A stretch of DNA of 63,891 nucleotides, filler included, from Mycoplasmatota bacterium (GTDB taxonomy: Bacteria > Bacillota_I > Bacilli_A > RF39 > UBA660), in the NCBI GenBank assembly GCA_012727915.1. It is 5 parts of 5 records of this genome, joined end to end, with 100 filler letters (N's around TTAATTAATTAA, not from the genome) between each part and the next. Parts side by side here need not be neighbours in the genome. Positions count along the whole stretch, not along the records: positions 1 to 7,446 come from JAAYGD010000055.1; positions 7,547 to 25,677 come from JAAYGD010000056.1; 3 more parts are not named here. One strand, 5' to 3'. The position numbers were made by a program, and so were the translations under genes. Below the pieces are notes generated by a model that had not been told where the DNA came from, made no database searches, and saw nothing but the letters and a program-made list of their open reading frames with translations. Each line of letters begins with the position of its first letter. Positions within the stretch are counted from its first letter, which is position 1. Below, piece after piece: positions 1-10,454 of this stretch.

Positions 1-90
1 GAACATTACTTAATTAATAATATAGAACAAAAAAATAAAGTAATTGATAAATTACAAAATATAATGAATACTATGCACTTAAACAATTAA
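1..90 (+). CDS. 3' end of an unidentified ORF (partial)
   Basis: Open frame from window start EHYLINNIEQKNKVIDKLQNIMNTMHLNN, TAA at 88-90. Confidence 0.5.
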   Translation, partial: EHYLINNIEQKNKVIDKLQNIMNTMHLNN

Positions 91-100
91 CATAATTATG

Positions 101-203
101 ATTTGTTTGTGGGAAGTGATGTGATAGGCTTATTAGCAAACGGCTTAAATTGAAGCTGTTTGCAAGCCGTACAAATCACATTACTGGGTTCATGCAAACA
201 AAT
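101..203 (+). ncRNA. Long multi-stem hairpin, candidate structured RNA of unassigned family
   Basis: Stems 101-110/194-203, 115-125/175-185, 127-131/164-168, 136-146/153-163; the three non-Watson-Crick pairs are all G-U on the + strand. Confidence 0.5.
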
Positions 204-253
204 TTATTGCTATATACTATAAAATGTGTGTTATAATTAGGATGTAGATTTAA

Positions 254-946
254 TCAATGATTTTTTCTTAAATGAGTCCAGTTAAGGCTCCAATAAAAAT
301 TAAAAAGACTCATATGAGTCTTTTTTTTATAATTCGCTTTTTTCCAATCTTTATATTCTTTTTTCATACATTTGACACAGGGTCTATACCCAGCTTCAAT
401 AGCGTTTTTTTCATTATCGAAGAAAACTCTATTATATATATAATATCCTTTTGATATCCAATAAAGCGCACTATAACAATCTAATTTACCATATGTTTTT
501 ATCTTTTTATTACCCCCTAATGTACCTGGTATCTTTGAAATATGTTCTTTATTATTTGAATCAATTATTTTATATTCTTTTTTTCCATGTGTTAAAAAAT
601 TATCTTTTACAATCTTTAATAAAGTTAAATATCTTTCTTTTGTATCTTCATTGCTCAACAAATATTCTCTAGTTCTTTCTTGCCCTTCATCATAATTAGG
701 ACTTTCATCTTTAAATTTTTCCTTAGCTAAATCTATTATTTTATTATTAATCATATTATAATAATGACTTCCAAAACTTGTCATGCATCTCATTATTTTT
801 CCGCCTAAAAAATCATTTACTATTAATGATGTTATCGAACATTGCCCTAAACTGGAATTGTCTTTATTCCAATTATCTTTCAAAGAAGAAACGCATGTTT
901 CTTTGGACCAAGATAATTTTAAAATATTGTCCAACTCATTTAACAT
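254..946 (-). CDS. YunG-like domain fused to an Ada-type metal-binding domain
   Basis: N-term WSKETC..GQC..SHYYN..IDL (YunG-like); C-term GGNKKIKTYGKLDC..RVFF..AIEAGYRPCVKC (Ada Zn-binding). Confidence 0.75.
   Translation of the reverse strand: MLNELDNILKLSWSKETCVSSLKDNWNKDNSSLGQCSITSLIVNDFLGGKIMRCMTSFGSHYYNMINNKIIDLAKEKFKDESPNYDEGQERTREYLLSNEDTKERYLTLLKIVKDNFLTHGKKEYKIIDSNNKEHISKIPGTLGGNKKIKTYGKLDCYSALYWISKGYYIYNRVFFDNEKNAIEAGYRPCVKCMKKEYKDWKKANYKKKTHMSLFNFYWSLNWTHLRKNH
302..328. terminator. Bidirectional intrinsic terminator at end of NAD operon
   Basis: AAAAAGACTCATATGAGTCTTTTTTTT perfect palindrome with A/T tails. Confidence 0.75.
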
Positions 947-969
947 AATACCATCCTTGTTTAAAACCT

Positions 970-1785
970 TTAATGTTTATATTTAAATAATACTGAAGGT
1001 CTATGTCCTCCCCCTGTTTTCATTTTATCAGTCTTTTCTACTTTGTTAGCAATTATTCTTCTAAAAGCGGGATCTAATAATTTTTTTCCTAAAATAATTT
1101 CATATACTTGTTGCAATTCTCCTAAAGTAAAATATTCGGGCATCATATTAAATACTATATCGGTATATTCTAATTTGTTTTTTAATCTTGATATACCTGA
1201 AGCAATAACTAAAGCATGATCAAACGCTAATAAATTATTGTCTTCAACTGCGTATTTATACCTATCTGTTGTCTTTTCATATAATATTTTTTTTATTTTC
1301 AAATTAATAATTTCTATTCCATTGTTTAAATTAATAAATATATTGCTTTTTGTTTCTTTATATTCAACATTAAACCAAGATGTATTAGTAGATAAATCAT
1401 CATTTAATTTATCTTTATCTATTAATGCCATATATGCTGTACTAACTATTCTCATTCTTGGGTCTCTATTTACATCACCAAATGTGTATAATTGCTCCAA
1501 ATAAATATCCTTTAAATTTGTTTCATTTTTTAATATTCTTTTAGGAGCATCTTCTAAATCTTCATCAATATTTATAAATCCACCTGGTAAACACCATTTC
1601 TCTTTAAATGGATAAGTATCCCTTTTTACTAAAAGAATACTAAAGTATTTTTCATTTAATTTTCTATAATTCTCTTTTTCTCCACTTGATACACTAAATA
1701 TTAATACATCAGTAGTCATAGATAATTTTTCAAATTCATTAGAATTATAATGCTTTAAAAAATCTTCTTCACTTTTATATTCCAT
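970..1785 (-). CDS. nrtR: NrtR, Nudix-related ADP-ribose-responsive transcriptional regulator
   Basis: WCLPGGF, EQLYTFGDVNRDPRMR, LAFDH, C-terminal wHTH FTLGELQQVYE..FRR..GGHRPSVLF; in NAD operon. Confidence 0.9.
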   Translation of the reverse strand: MEYKSEEDFLKHYNSNEFEKLSMTTDVLIFSVSSGEKENYRKLNEKYFSILLVKRDTYPFKEKWCLPGGFINIDEDLEDAPKRILKNETNLKDIYLEQLYTFGDVNRDPRMRIVSTAYMALIDKDKLNDDLSTNTSWFNVEYKETKSNIFINLNNGIEIINLKIKKILYEKTTDRYKYAVEDNNLLAFDHALVIASGISRLKNKLEYTDIVFNMMPEYFTLGELQQVYEIILGKKLLDPAFRRIIANKVEKTDKMKTGGGHRPSVLFKYKH

Positions 1786-2263
1786 ATTGATTCCTTTCTA
1801 ATATCTCTTCCTCAAACATATCAATTAAGTTATTATAAATATATTCTTTATTTTTTGATCTTTCTTTGTGTTTTGTAGTTAAAGTTAAACAATAAAATAT
1901 GTCTTTATCACTATCATATATACTAATAAATATTTCATTATCATTTCCAAATAAATTTTTATTATCTTCTCTATTTATTTTTCCAGTAATCCCTATTCCA
2001 AAATTAGATTTAGTATATAAAGAGATTGCTTTAGCCATTTCTTTTGCTACTTCGATATTATAAACTGAACACTTATCTATTGTATCTTTTGATACTCCTA
2101 ATTTAATCTTATATTCATTAGAATAAGTTACAGCTCCAAATTTAAATACATCACTGGAACCTTCAATATTAGTTATTAAATTCGAAACAAAACCACCAGT
2201 ACACGATTCCATAGTGGATATAGTCAAATCATTTGTTTTTAAATACTCAATTATTTTATTCAT
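1775..2263 (-). CDS. pncC: NMN deamidase (CinA C-terminal/PncC family)
   Basis: ESCTGG, GSSDVF, TYSNEYK, GITG motifs; start placed at MNKII after GAGGGA. Confidence 0.85.
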   Translation of the reverse strand: MNKIIEYLKTNDLTISTMESCTGGFVSNLITNIEGSSDVFKFGAVTYSNEYKIKLGVSKDTIDKCSVYNIEVAKEMAKAISLYTKSNFGIGITGKINREDNKNLFGNDNEIFISIYDSDKDIFYCLTLTTKHKERSKNKEYIYNNLIDMFEEEILERNQYGI

Positions 2264-2831
2264 TAAATCCCTCATATAAATTATTTTTCAATATATACTC
2301 TATTATATCACTATCCAATAATTTATTTAATTCATTGTATTTTTTTTCTAATATTAATTTTCTAATATTGGTTGAAGATATATTTATTGATTCATAATTT
2401 TCTATTAGTATAAAAGAATCCTTCTTATTAAATCTATTTATATAAACATACGGGTCTAATATTTCTCTTTTCATTACTATTACTTTATTTAATAGTATTT
2501 CATCAATATTTTTCCATTTATCAAAATTAATTAAATTATCATCTCCAATAATTAAATATAAATCATTATAATATTTTTTTAATTCATTAAGAATTTGATA
2601 AGTATATTTATAAGAATTTAATTTAGTATCAATAATAATTTGATCATTTTCGTAATATTTTAGCATATTTATTCTATTTTTAATATTTACTAAATTATTC
2701 TTTTCCCAATAGGATTTAGTAGGAATGATAATTATTTTATCTAATATTTTATTTTCCAATAAATAATTTACTATATTAATATGTCCCTTATGAACAGGAT
2801 TAAAACTTCCTACGTATACTCCTACTTTCAT
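2256..2831 (-). CDS. nadD: Nicotinate-nucleotide adenylyltransferase
   Basis: GSFNPVHKGH, IIGDDN..KW, ISSTNIR; start at MKVGVY. Confidence 0.92.
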   Translation of the reverse strand: MKVGVYVGSFNPVHKGHINIVNYLLENKILDKIIIIPTKSYWEKNNLVNIKNRINMLKYYENDQIIIDTKLNSYKYTYQILNELKKYYNDLYLIIGDDNLINFDKWKNIDEILLNKVIVMKREILDPYVYINRFNKKDSFILIENYESINISSTNIRKLILEKKYNELNKLLDSDIIEYILKNNLYEGFNE

Positions 2832-2832
2832 A

Positions 2833-3588
2833 TTATCTCCTATAAGTTGGTATATTAAATTTATGTTGATTATTGTCATGCATTTTCTTTATTTTATTTC
2901 CAACTTCTTCATTTACTCCTTTAGGATCAACCATATAATTAGCAATATCTTTATAACTTACTCCCAATTTATCTTCATCTGATAAAGTTGATAATCCATC
3001 AGCAGGTTTCTTATATAAAACAACTTCCGGAACTTTTAATACTTCACCAATTTTTATTACTTCTTCTACAGTAAAATCCGCAATGGCCGATATATCATGA
3101 ACTGAATCTCCACCTTTTGTGAAATATCCCACAAATAATTCACTTTTATTTGAAGTACCCGCAACTAAATATGTCTTATTATTAAGACTCGAAAATAAAG
3201 CTGCCATATAATATAATGTAGACATTCTTAATCTTGGCTTTAGATTAATATCACTATTTTTAGTTTGAAATTCATCATAAGAACCCATATTTACTAATTC
3301 TTTTTTAAAAGAATCAAATATATTAGTTAAATCAAAATTATATAACTTAAATCCATAATAATCACTTACTAACTTAGCATCATTTCTATCTTCATCTTTT
3401 GAATGACAAGGTAAAGTAAAACCTATTACATTATCTTTCCCTAAAGCTTCTACTAATAAAGCTGCAACTACTCCTGAATCTTTACCTCCACTTATACCTA
3501 TTACTGCTCCTCCTAAGTTATGCTTGTTGTAATAATCTTTAATAAACTTTACTATATTATTTTTTTCTTTAATAGCATCAAATTTCAT
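2833..3588 (-). CDS. nadE: NH3-dependent NAD+ synthetase
   Basis: GISGGKDS, NLKPRLRM, GTSNKSE..GYFTKGGD; no glutaminase domain. Confidence 0.95.
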   Translation of the reverse strand: MKFDAIKEKNNIVKFIKDYYNKHNLGGAVIGISGGKDSGVVAALLVEALGKDNVIGFTLPCHSKDEDRNDAKLVSDYYGFKLYNFDLTNIFDSFKKELVNMGSYDEFQTKNSDINLKPRLRMSTLYYMAALFSSLNNKTYLVAGTSNKSELFVGYFTKGGDSVHDISAIADFTVEEVIKIGEVLKVPEVVLYKKPADGLSTLSDEDKLGVSYKDIANYMVDPKGVNEEVGNKIKKMHDNNQHKFNIPTYRR

Positions 3589-4181
3589 TTTAAACTCCTT
3601 TCAATTAGTTTTTTAGTTTTATGTAACGCTAACTTTGAATTAGCGCCCGTTATATATCCCATATCTTCTAATTCAAATACTTCTTCATAATTTAACAATA
3701 TTGGATAAGTGATTTCATCATTATCTAAATTTTGATTCATTTTTTTAATACAATTTAAAGCTAAAAATATATAATTATAAGCTTCACTGCATCCTTCATC
3801 TTGATAATATGAATCGATTTTAATCCAATCATCTGAAACATAACCAGTTTCTTCTAGTAATTCTCTTTTCGCAGATTCTATAGGTAATTCATCTTTTTCT
3901 ATATAACCTGCAGGGAAATTAATAGCTACAGTATCTTTTGTAAACACTCTTGGTTCAATAACCATCAATATTTCTTTTTCTTTTGTTATTGGTATTATTA
4001 TTGATGCACTACCATCTTTATTACCTTTTAGTAATTTCTCTCTTTTAATAATTAATCCATTATTTAATGTAATAAAATAGGCTTCACTTTTTAAAAATGT
4101 TCCACTTTCTTCTTTTACTCTATTAATTGTCTTATATTCTTCATAATATTTTTTTATTAAATCCATTTTTTCTTTTCTCAT
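3585..4181 (-). CDS. Nudix hydrolase, likely ADP-ribose pyrophosphatase
   Basis: FPAGYIEKDELPIESAKRELLEETGY Nudix box. Confidence 0.85.
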   Translation of the reverse strand: MRKEKMDLIKKYYEEYKTINRVKEESGTFLKSEAYFITLNNGLIIKREKLLKGNKDGSASIIIPITKEKEILMVIEPRVFTKDTVAINFPAGYIEKDELPIESAKRELLEETGYVSDDWIKIDSYYQDEGCSEAYNYIFLALNCIKKMNQNLDNDEITYPILLNYEEVFELEDMGYITGANSKLALHKTKKLIERSLK

Positions 4182-5623
4182 TATTTCAATTCCTTTGTTT
4201 TAATTTTTACATTATCATGTATCATTTGTTTTTTTAATTCTCTCAATTCATTTGATAAATCAACATAATATTCATGAGGATTATTTATTCTTTTTATTTC
4301 CGGATAAATAGTTTTAAATTCTTCAATACAGTATTGTCTTCTTTCATGAATATTAGGAAGTTCATATACTTGTTTTCCATTTATATATATTGGAACTAAC
4401 ATATTTCTTACATTAAAATTTTTTATTGTTTTTTTCTTCCATTCTTCTACTGGATTAACTAAAGTATATTCATCCTTAGGTTCTTCTTCATGACTTAAAG
4501 TTACTAAGTCTCCCACTGCATATCCACTTTCCTTATCATAAAATCTATATAATTTTTTAACTCCAGGAGTAATTGTTTTTATTGAATCATCACTTAATTT
4601 TATTTTAGGAATTATTTTGCCTTCTTTTTCAATCGCAACTAATTTATAAACACCTCCAAGTCTATCATTAACTGCTCCTATATTGTCACCTACTCCTAAA
4701 GAATCAAATATAGCTTCTTCATCAATCAAAGATTTTATCTTCTCCTCATTTAAACTATTTGATAATGTAATTTTTGTATCATTTAATCCTGCATCATCTA
4801 ATATTTTTCTTGCTTCTTTAGATAAATACGCTAAATCACCACTATCTATTCTAATACCTTTCAATCTATAACCATTTGGTTCCAAATATTCTTTTGCAAC
4901 TTTTATTGCATTTGGAATACCAACATTTAAAGTGTCATATGTATCTACTAAAAGAATACAATCATTAGGATTAAATTTTGCAAATTTCAAAAAAGCTTCA
5001 TACTCATTATCTGATTCACATACCTCACTATGGGCCATAGTTCCCATTACAGGCACATCATATTCCATTCCACATTCTACATTACTTGTACCAACACAAC
5101 CCGCTACATAAGCATATTTACTGGCTTCAACAGCACCTGGAATAGATCTTCCTCTTCTTGCTCCAAATTCCATTATTGGTTTTTCACTTGCTGCTTCTAA
5201 TATTCTTTTAGCGGCAGTAGTAACAATAGTTCCGTGATTAAAATTATTTAGTAAAGCAGTTTCAATAAATTTTGCTTCTATAACATTTGCCTTAACCGTT
5301 AATACTGGTTCATTTGGAAATACTGGAGTGCCATCTGGTACAGCATATAGATCACCAGTAAATTTTAAATTTTTTAAATATGATAAATATCCTTCACTAA
5401 ATTTATTAAATTTTCTTAAATAATCTATATGCTTATCTGTTATATCAAAATTATTAATATATTTTATAATATTATCTAATCCTCCAGATATTGCATAACC
5501 CCCTTTTAAAGGATTAGATCTAAAAAATAGATCAAAATATTCTTTCTTTTCGGTTTCTCCCGATTCATAATTTGTATAACCCATTACTATTTCATAAAAA
5601 TCTGTAAAAAGTGTATTATTCAT
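4181..5623 (-). CDS. pncB: Nicotinate phosphoribosyltransferase
   Basis: TDFY, EFGARR, GTMAHS, LVDTYDT, GIRIDSGDL, GVYKL; start at MNNT after GGAGGA. Confidence 0.95.
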   Translation of the reverse strand: MNNTLFTDFYEIVMGYTNYESGETEKKEYFDLFFRSNPLKGGYAISGGLDNIIKYINNFDITDKHIDYLRKFNKFSEGYLSYLKNLKFTGDLYAVPDGTPVFPNEPVLTVKANVIEAKFIETALLNNFNHGTIVTTAAKRILEAASEKPIMEFGARRGRSIPGAVEASKYAYVAGCVGTSNVECGMEYDVPVMGTMAHSEVCESDNEYEAFLKFAKFNPNDCILLVDTYDTLNVGIPNAIKVAKEYLEPNGYRLKGIRIDSGDLAYLSKEARKILDDAGLNDTKITLSNSLNEEKIKSLIDEEAIFDSLGVGDNIGAVNDRLGGVYKLVAIEKEGKIIPKIKLSDDSIKTITPGVKKLYRFYDKESGYAVGDLVTLSHEEEPKDEYTLVNPVEEWKKKTIKNFNVRNMLVPIYINGKQVYELPNIHERRQYCIEEFKTIYPEIKRINNPHEYYVDLSNELRELKKQMIHDNVKIKTKELK

Positions 5624-6209
5624 TTTTTCCTCCATATCTCTTTACTAATTTAATTCCTGATTGTTCCATTAATTTAAATGCCATGTTATTATACTCATCT
5701 CTATTATGTGACTCAGAATTATAAGTTTCTACTGCATTTAAAGGTAATGTAATATTAACTCTTCTATCAATTTGATCAAAGTAATTTTGAAGAGGTATTG
5801 CTAAGTTCATAACACATATATCAGTACAACAACCCGTAATTATAATTTCTCTTAATGCTTTCATTTTTTCTATATCATTAATAAAATCTTTAGCATAAAT
5901 AGTACTTGTAGAATTCTTACTATAAGATAAACTATTTTTTTCATAAGGTAATAATTCATCTACTAACTCAGATTCTTTTGTACCTTTAACGCAGTGTTCT
6001 GGATATCTGTCAAATTCTCTACACCCTTTATTGTGACTATCCTTAATAAATGCAAGTCCTTCTCCTTCCCTTAAAGTTTCATCAATCAATCTTAATTGTT
6101 CAGGAATTATAGATTCTATTTTTCTATCAGACATAATTCCTTCCTTTACGAACCCATTTACCATATCGACTACAATTAGTAATTTTTTTAATTCTTCTAA
6201 ATTTTTCAT
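5616..6209 (-). CDS. pncA: Nicotinamidase (cysteine hydrolase)
   Basis: VVDMVNGF, DSH..EHC, K, GCCTDICV; first gene of operon, upstream of pncB. Confidence 0.88.
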   Translation of the reverse strand: MKNLEELKKLLIVVDMVNGFVKEGIMSDRKIESIIPEQLRLIDETLREGEGLAFIKDSHNKGCREFDRYPEHCVKGTKESELVDELLPYEKNSLSYSKNSTSTIYAKDFINDIEKMKALREIIITGCCTDICVMNLAIPLQNYFDQIDRRVNITLPLNAVETYNSESHNRDEYNNMAFKLMEQSGIKLVKRYGGKNE

Positions 6210-6241
6210 ATTTACCTCCTTTTTAGATAGAATTTTCTTTC

Positions 6242-6307
6242 TGTTATTAACATTATATTAATAACAATTTAATTTGTCAATATGTTTTTAACATTCTGTT
6301 AATAAGA
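6242..6307 (-). promoter_or_regulatory. SigA promoter of NAD operon overlapped by four TGTTAwTAACA-like boxes (candidate NrtR operator)
   Basis: Minus strand TTGACA (6275-6280), 17 bp, TATAAT (6252-6257); boxes at 6242, 6256, 6283, 6297. Confidence 0.7.
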
Positions 6308-6364
6308 TTGTAAAAAGATGAATTTTTAATTCATTTATGATATTATATTTGAAAGGAGGTCTTA

Positions 6365-7258
6365 ATGAAAAAGACATTATTAATTTTAGCGGGAGGTATG
6401 GGTAGTAGGTTTGGTGGTTTAAAACAAATTGAACCAATTGGGCCAAATGGTGAATTTTTAATTCATTACTCTATATATGATGCGATTAAATCGGGATATA
6501 ACAAAATAATATTTATCATTAAAGAAGAAAACTATGATGTTTTTAAAGAAAAGGTAGGAAGCAAGTTAGATAAAGAAATTGAAATACATTACGTATTTCA
6601 AAAAAATGATGAAATAAAAGAAAAAATAAACATTCCAGAAGATAGATTGAAACCTTTAGGAACAGCACATGCCATTTATTGCGCAAAAGACATTATTAAA
6701 GAAAACTTTACAATAATAAATGCAGACGATTTTTATGGAAGAGAATCTTATCAATTATTAAGTGATTTTATGGAAACAAGCAAAAACAATTTCTGTATTG
6801 CGGGTTATGTTTTAGGAAATACAGTAACAGAAAGTGGTTCAGTAAAAAGAGGTGTTTGTATTCAAAAAGATTCAAAACTAATTGAATTAGTTGAAAGCAA
6901 TATTGAAAAGATTGAAAAAGGATATAAAGCAAGCGCTTTAACAGATAGTAGAGATATAAAAGTAACTTTTGATACTTTAGTATCTATGAATATGATCTCA
7001 TTTACTCCAAAATTATTTGATTATATCGAAGAAAACATATATAATTTCTTTAATAATAATATAGATAAAATAGATAAAATTGAATATTTAATACCAGAAG
7101 TTATGAATGAAATGCTTCAAAAAAAGTTGGTTGAAATTTCAGTAATAAAAACTCCTGCTAAATGGTTAGGTATGACATATAAAGAAGACAAAGATATAGT
7201 TGAAAAAGAAATTAAGGATTTAATTAAAAAAGGAGTATATCCAAGCATATTATTTTAA
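6365..7258 (+). CDS. Sugar-phosphate nucleotidyltransferase family protein
   Basis: LAGGMGSRFGGLKQ, KPLGTAHA, INADDFYG, W.GMTY..D. Confidence 0.88.
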   Translation: MKKTLLILAGGMGSRFGGLKQIEPIGPNGEFLIHYSIYDAIKSGYNKIIFIIKEENYDVFKEKVGSKLDKEIEIHYVFQKNDEIKEKINIPEDRLKPLGTAHAIYCAKDIIKENFTIINADDFYGRESYQLLSDFMETSKNNFCIAGYVLGNTVTESGSVKRGVCIQKDSKLIELVESNIEKIEKGYKASALTDSRDIKVTFDTLVSMNMISFTPKLFDYIEENIYNFFNNNIDKIDKIEYLIPEVMNEMLQKKLVEISVIKTPAKWLGMTYKEDKDIVEKEIKDLIKKGVYPSILF

Positions 7259-7446
7259 AAGAAGTTGATAATTCAACTCCTTTTTTTAATACTTATAAAT
7301 CCAATTTTGTTTTCTTTTATAAATTCAATTACACTTTCTTCATCTTTATAATCTATATCTTTAATAATACTATATCCACCATCAAATGTTGTTTGGTAAT
7401 AATTATTGTTTTTTTGATTGAATTCATAATCATAACAATCTTTTGA
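7251..7446 (-). CDS. 3' end of an unknown ORF truncated by contig end
   Basis: Open frame SKDCYDYEFNQKNNNYYQTTFDGGYSIIKDIDYKDEESVIEFIKENKIGF... running into the terminator. Confidence 0.45.
7257..7287. terminator. Bidirectional terminator
   Basis: AAAAGAAGTTGATAATTCAACTCCTTTTTTT. Confidence 0.65.
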
Positions 7447-7546
7447 NNNNNNNNNNNNNNNNNNNNNNNNNNNNNNNNNNNNNNNNNNNNTTAATTAATT
7501 AANNNNNNNNNNNNNNNNNNNNNNNNNNNNNNNNNNNNNNNNNNNN
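7447..7546. other. Artificial contig-join spacer
   Basis: N run with TTAATTAATTAA six-frame stop linker. Confidence 0.98.
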
Positions 7547-7575
7547 CAAAATGAGTATAAGGGCGCAGAAGGAAT

Positions 7576-7842
7576 ATGAACATGCCTAGTAGATTTATAA
7601 AAGAAATAAATAAAGAATATTTAGAACTTGAAGAGACTTTACCTGAAGAAAAGGAATCTTTTGTTGATTCGTTTTATGAAGAAGATGTTTATTATGAGGT
7701 TGGAGAACATGTTTATCATGATACATTTAAAGATGGTATAGTAGTATCTGTAGAAAACAAGCTTGTCAATATAGCTTTTGGTAAAAAATATGGAATAAAA
7801 AAATTAATGAAAAATCATAAATCATTAAGAAAGATATGGTGA
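7576..7842 (+). CDS. pcrA: C-terminal fragment of ATP-dependent helicase PcrA/UvrD
   Basis: PSRFIKEI plus Tudor-like tail VGEHVYHDTFKDGIVV..FGKKYGIKKL; directly upstream of ligA as in Bacilli. Confidence 0.85.
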   Translation: MNMPSRFIKEINKEYLELEETLPEEKESFVDSFYEEDVYYEVGEHVYHDTFKDGIVVSVENKLVNIAFGKKYGIKKLMKNHKSLRKIW

Positions 7843-9851
<2,009 letters not shown>

Positions 9852-9946
9852 AACGAAAATCTACGAATTTCTACATTACTTGTTGATATTTTATAGAGGA
9901 GTTTTAATTTTTTAAAAGAAAATTATTACTAGAAGGAGGTGAGTAT

Positions 9947-10393
9947 ATGCAAAATTATGAAATAAATTCAGATACTTTGGCAATAATTCCAATAAGTAAT
10001 TACAAATCTAAAATAATTGAGAAAAATAGTGAACTTGAAGTAGATATGACTCCTATGAAAATAATAGACAATAGCTGTAGATATTTTGGAAGTTCTTATA
10101 AAGGAAGATTCTTTGGCACAAGAAGTTTGATTGGAGTAAGTCATAAAGCTCCTATTATTGTTGAAGAATCAAGAGAACTAATATTTTTTCCAACTAGTTC
10201 GCCTAGACAATATGAATGCGCGTGGATTTCATTAAAAAATATAAATGATTATAAGAGAACTCCTGATGCTTCAATTATAATATTTAATACTGGGTATAAT
10301 TTAGAATTAGATATGTCATATGGTTCTTTAGATAATCAAATATTAAGAGCAGCCAGGTTAGAATCAGTACTTAGAAAAAGAAAAGTTGTGTAA
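9947..10393 (+). CDS. comK: Competence transcription factor ComK (short form)
   Basis: YEINSDTLAIIP, IIDNSCRYFGSSYKGR, HKAPI, FFPTSSP..C.WIS. Confidence 0.88.
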   Translation: MQNYEINSDTLAIIPISNYKSKIIEKNSELEVDMTPMKIIDNSCRYFGSSYKGRFFGTRSLIGVSHKAPIIVEESRELIFFPTSSPRQYECAWISLKNINDYKRTPDASIIIFNTGYNLELDMSYGSLDNQILRAARLESVLRKRKVV

Positions 10394-10454
10394 AATTTAA
10401 TATAGACATATACAAATATATTTATTTATCAGCTATAATAAATAGGGTGATTGT

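Noticed and set aside
85..238. Firm 6S RNA or integron attC call for the hairpin region
   Set aside because: Outer pairing 85-94/227-238 is weak and AT-only, overlaps a stop codon and a likely promoter; no clean RYYYAAC/GTTRRRY pair and no integrase in view
272..986. Three short plus-strand ORFs (272, 451, 783)
   Set aside because: Antisense shadows of the YunG-Ada gene; F/I/L-rich, no RBS
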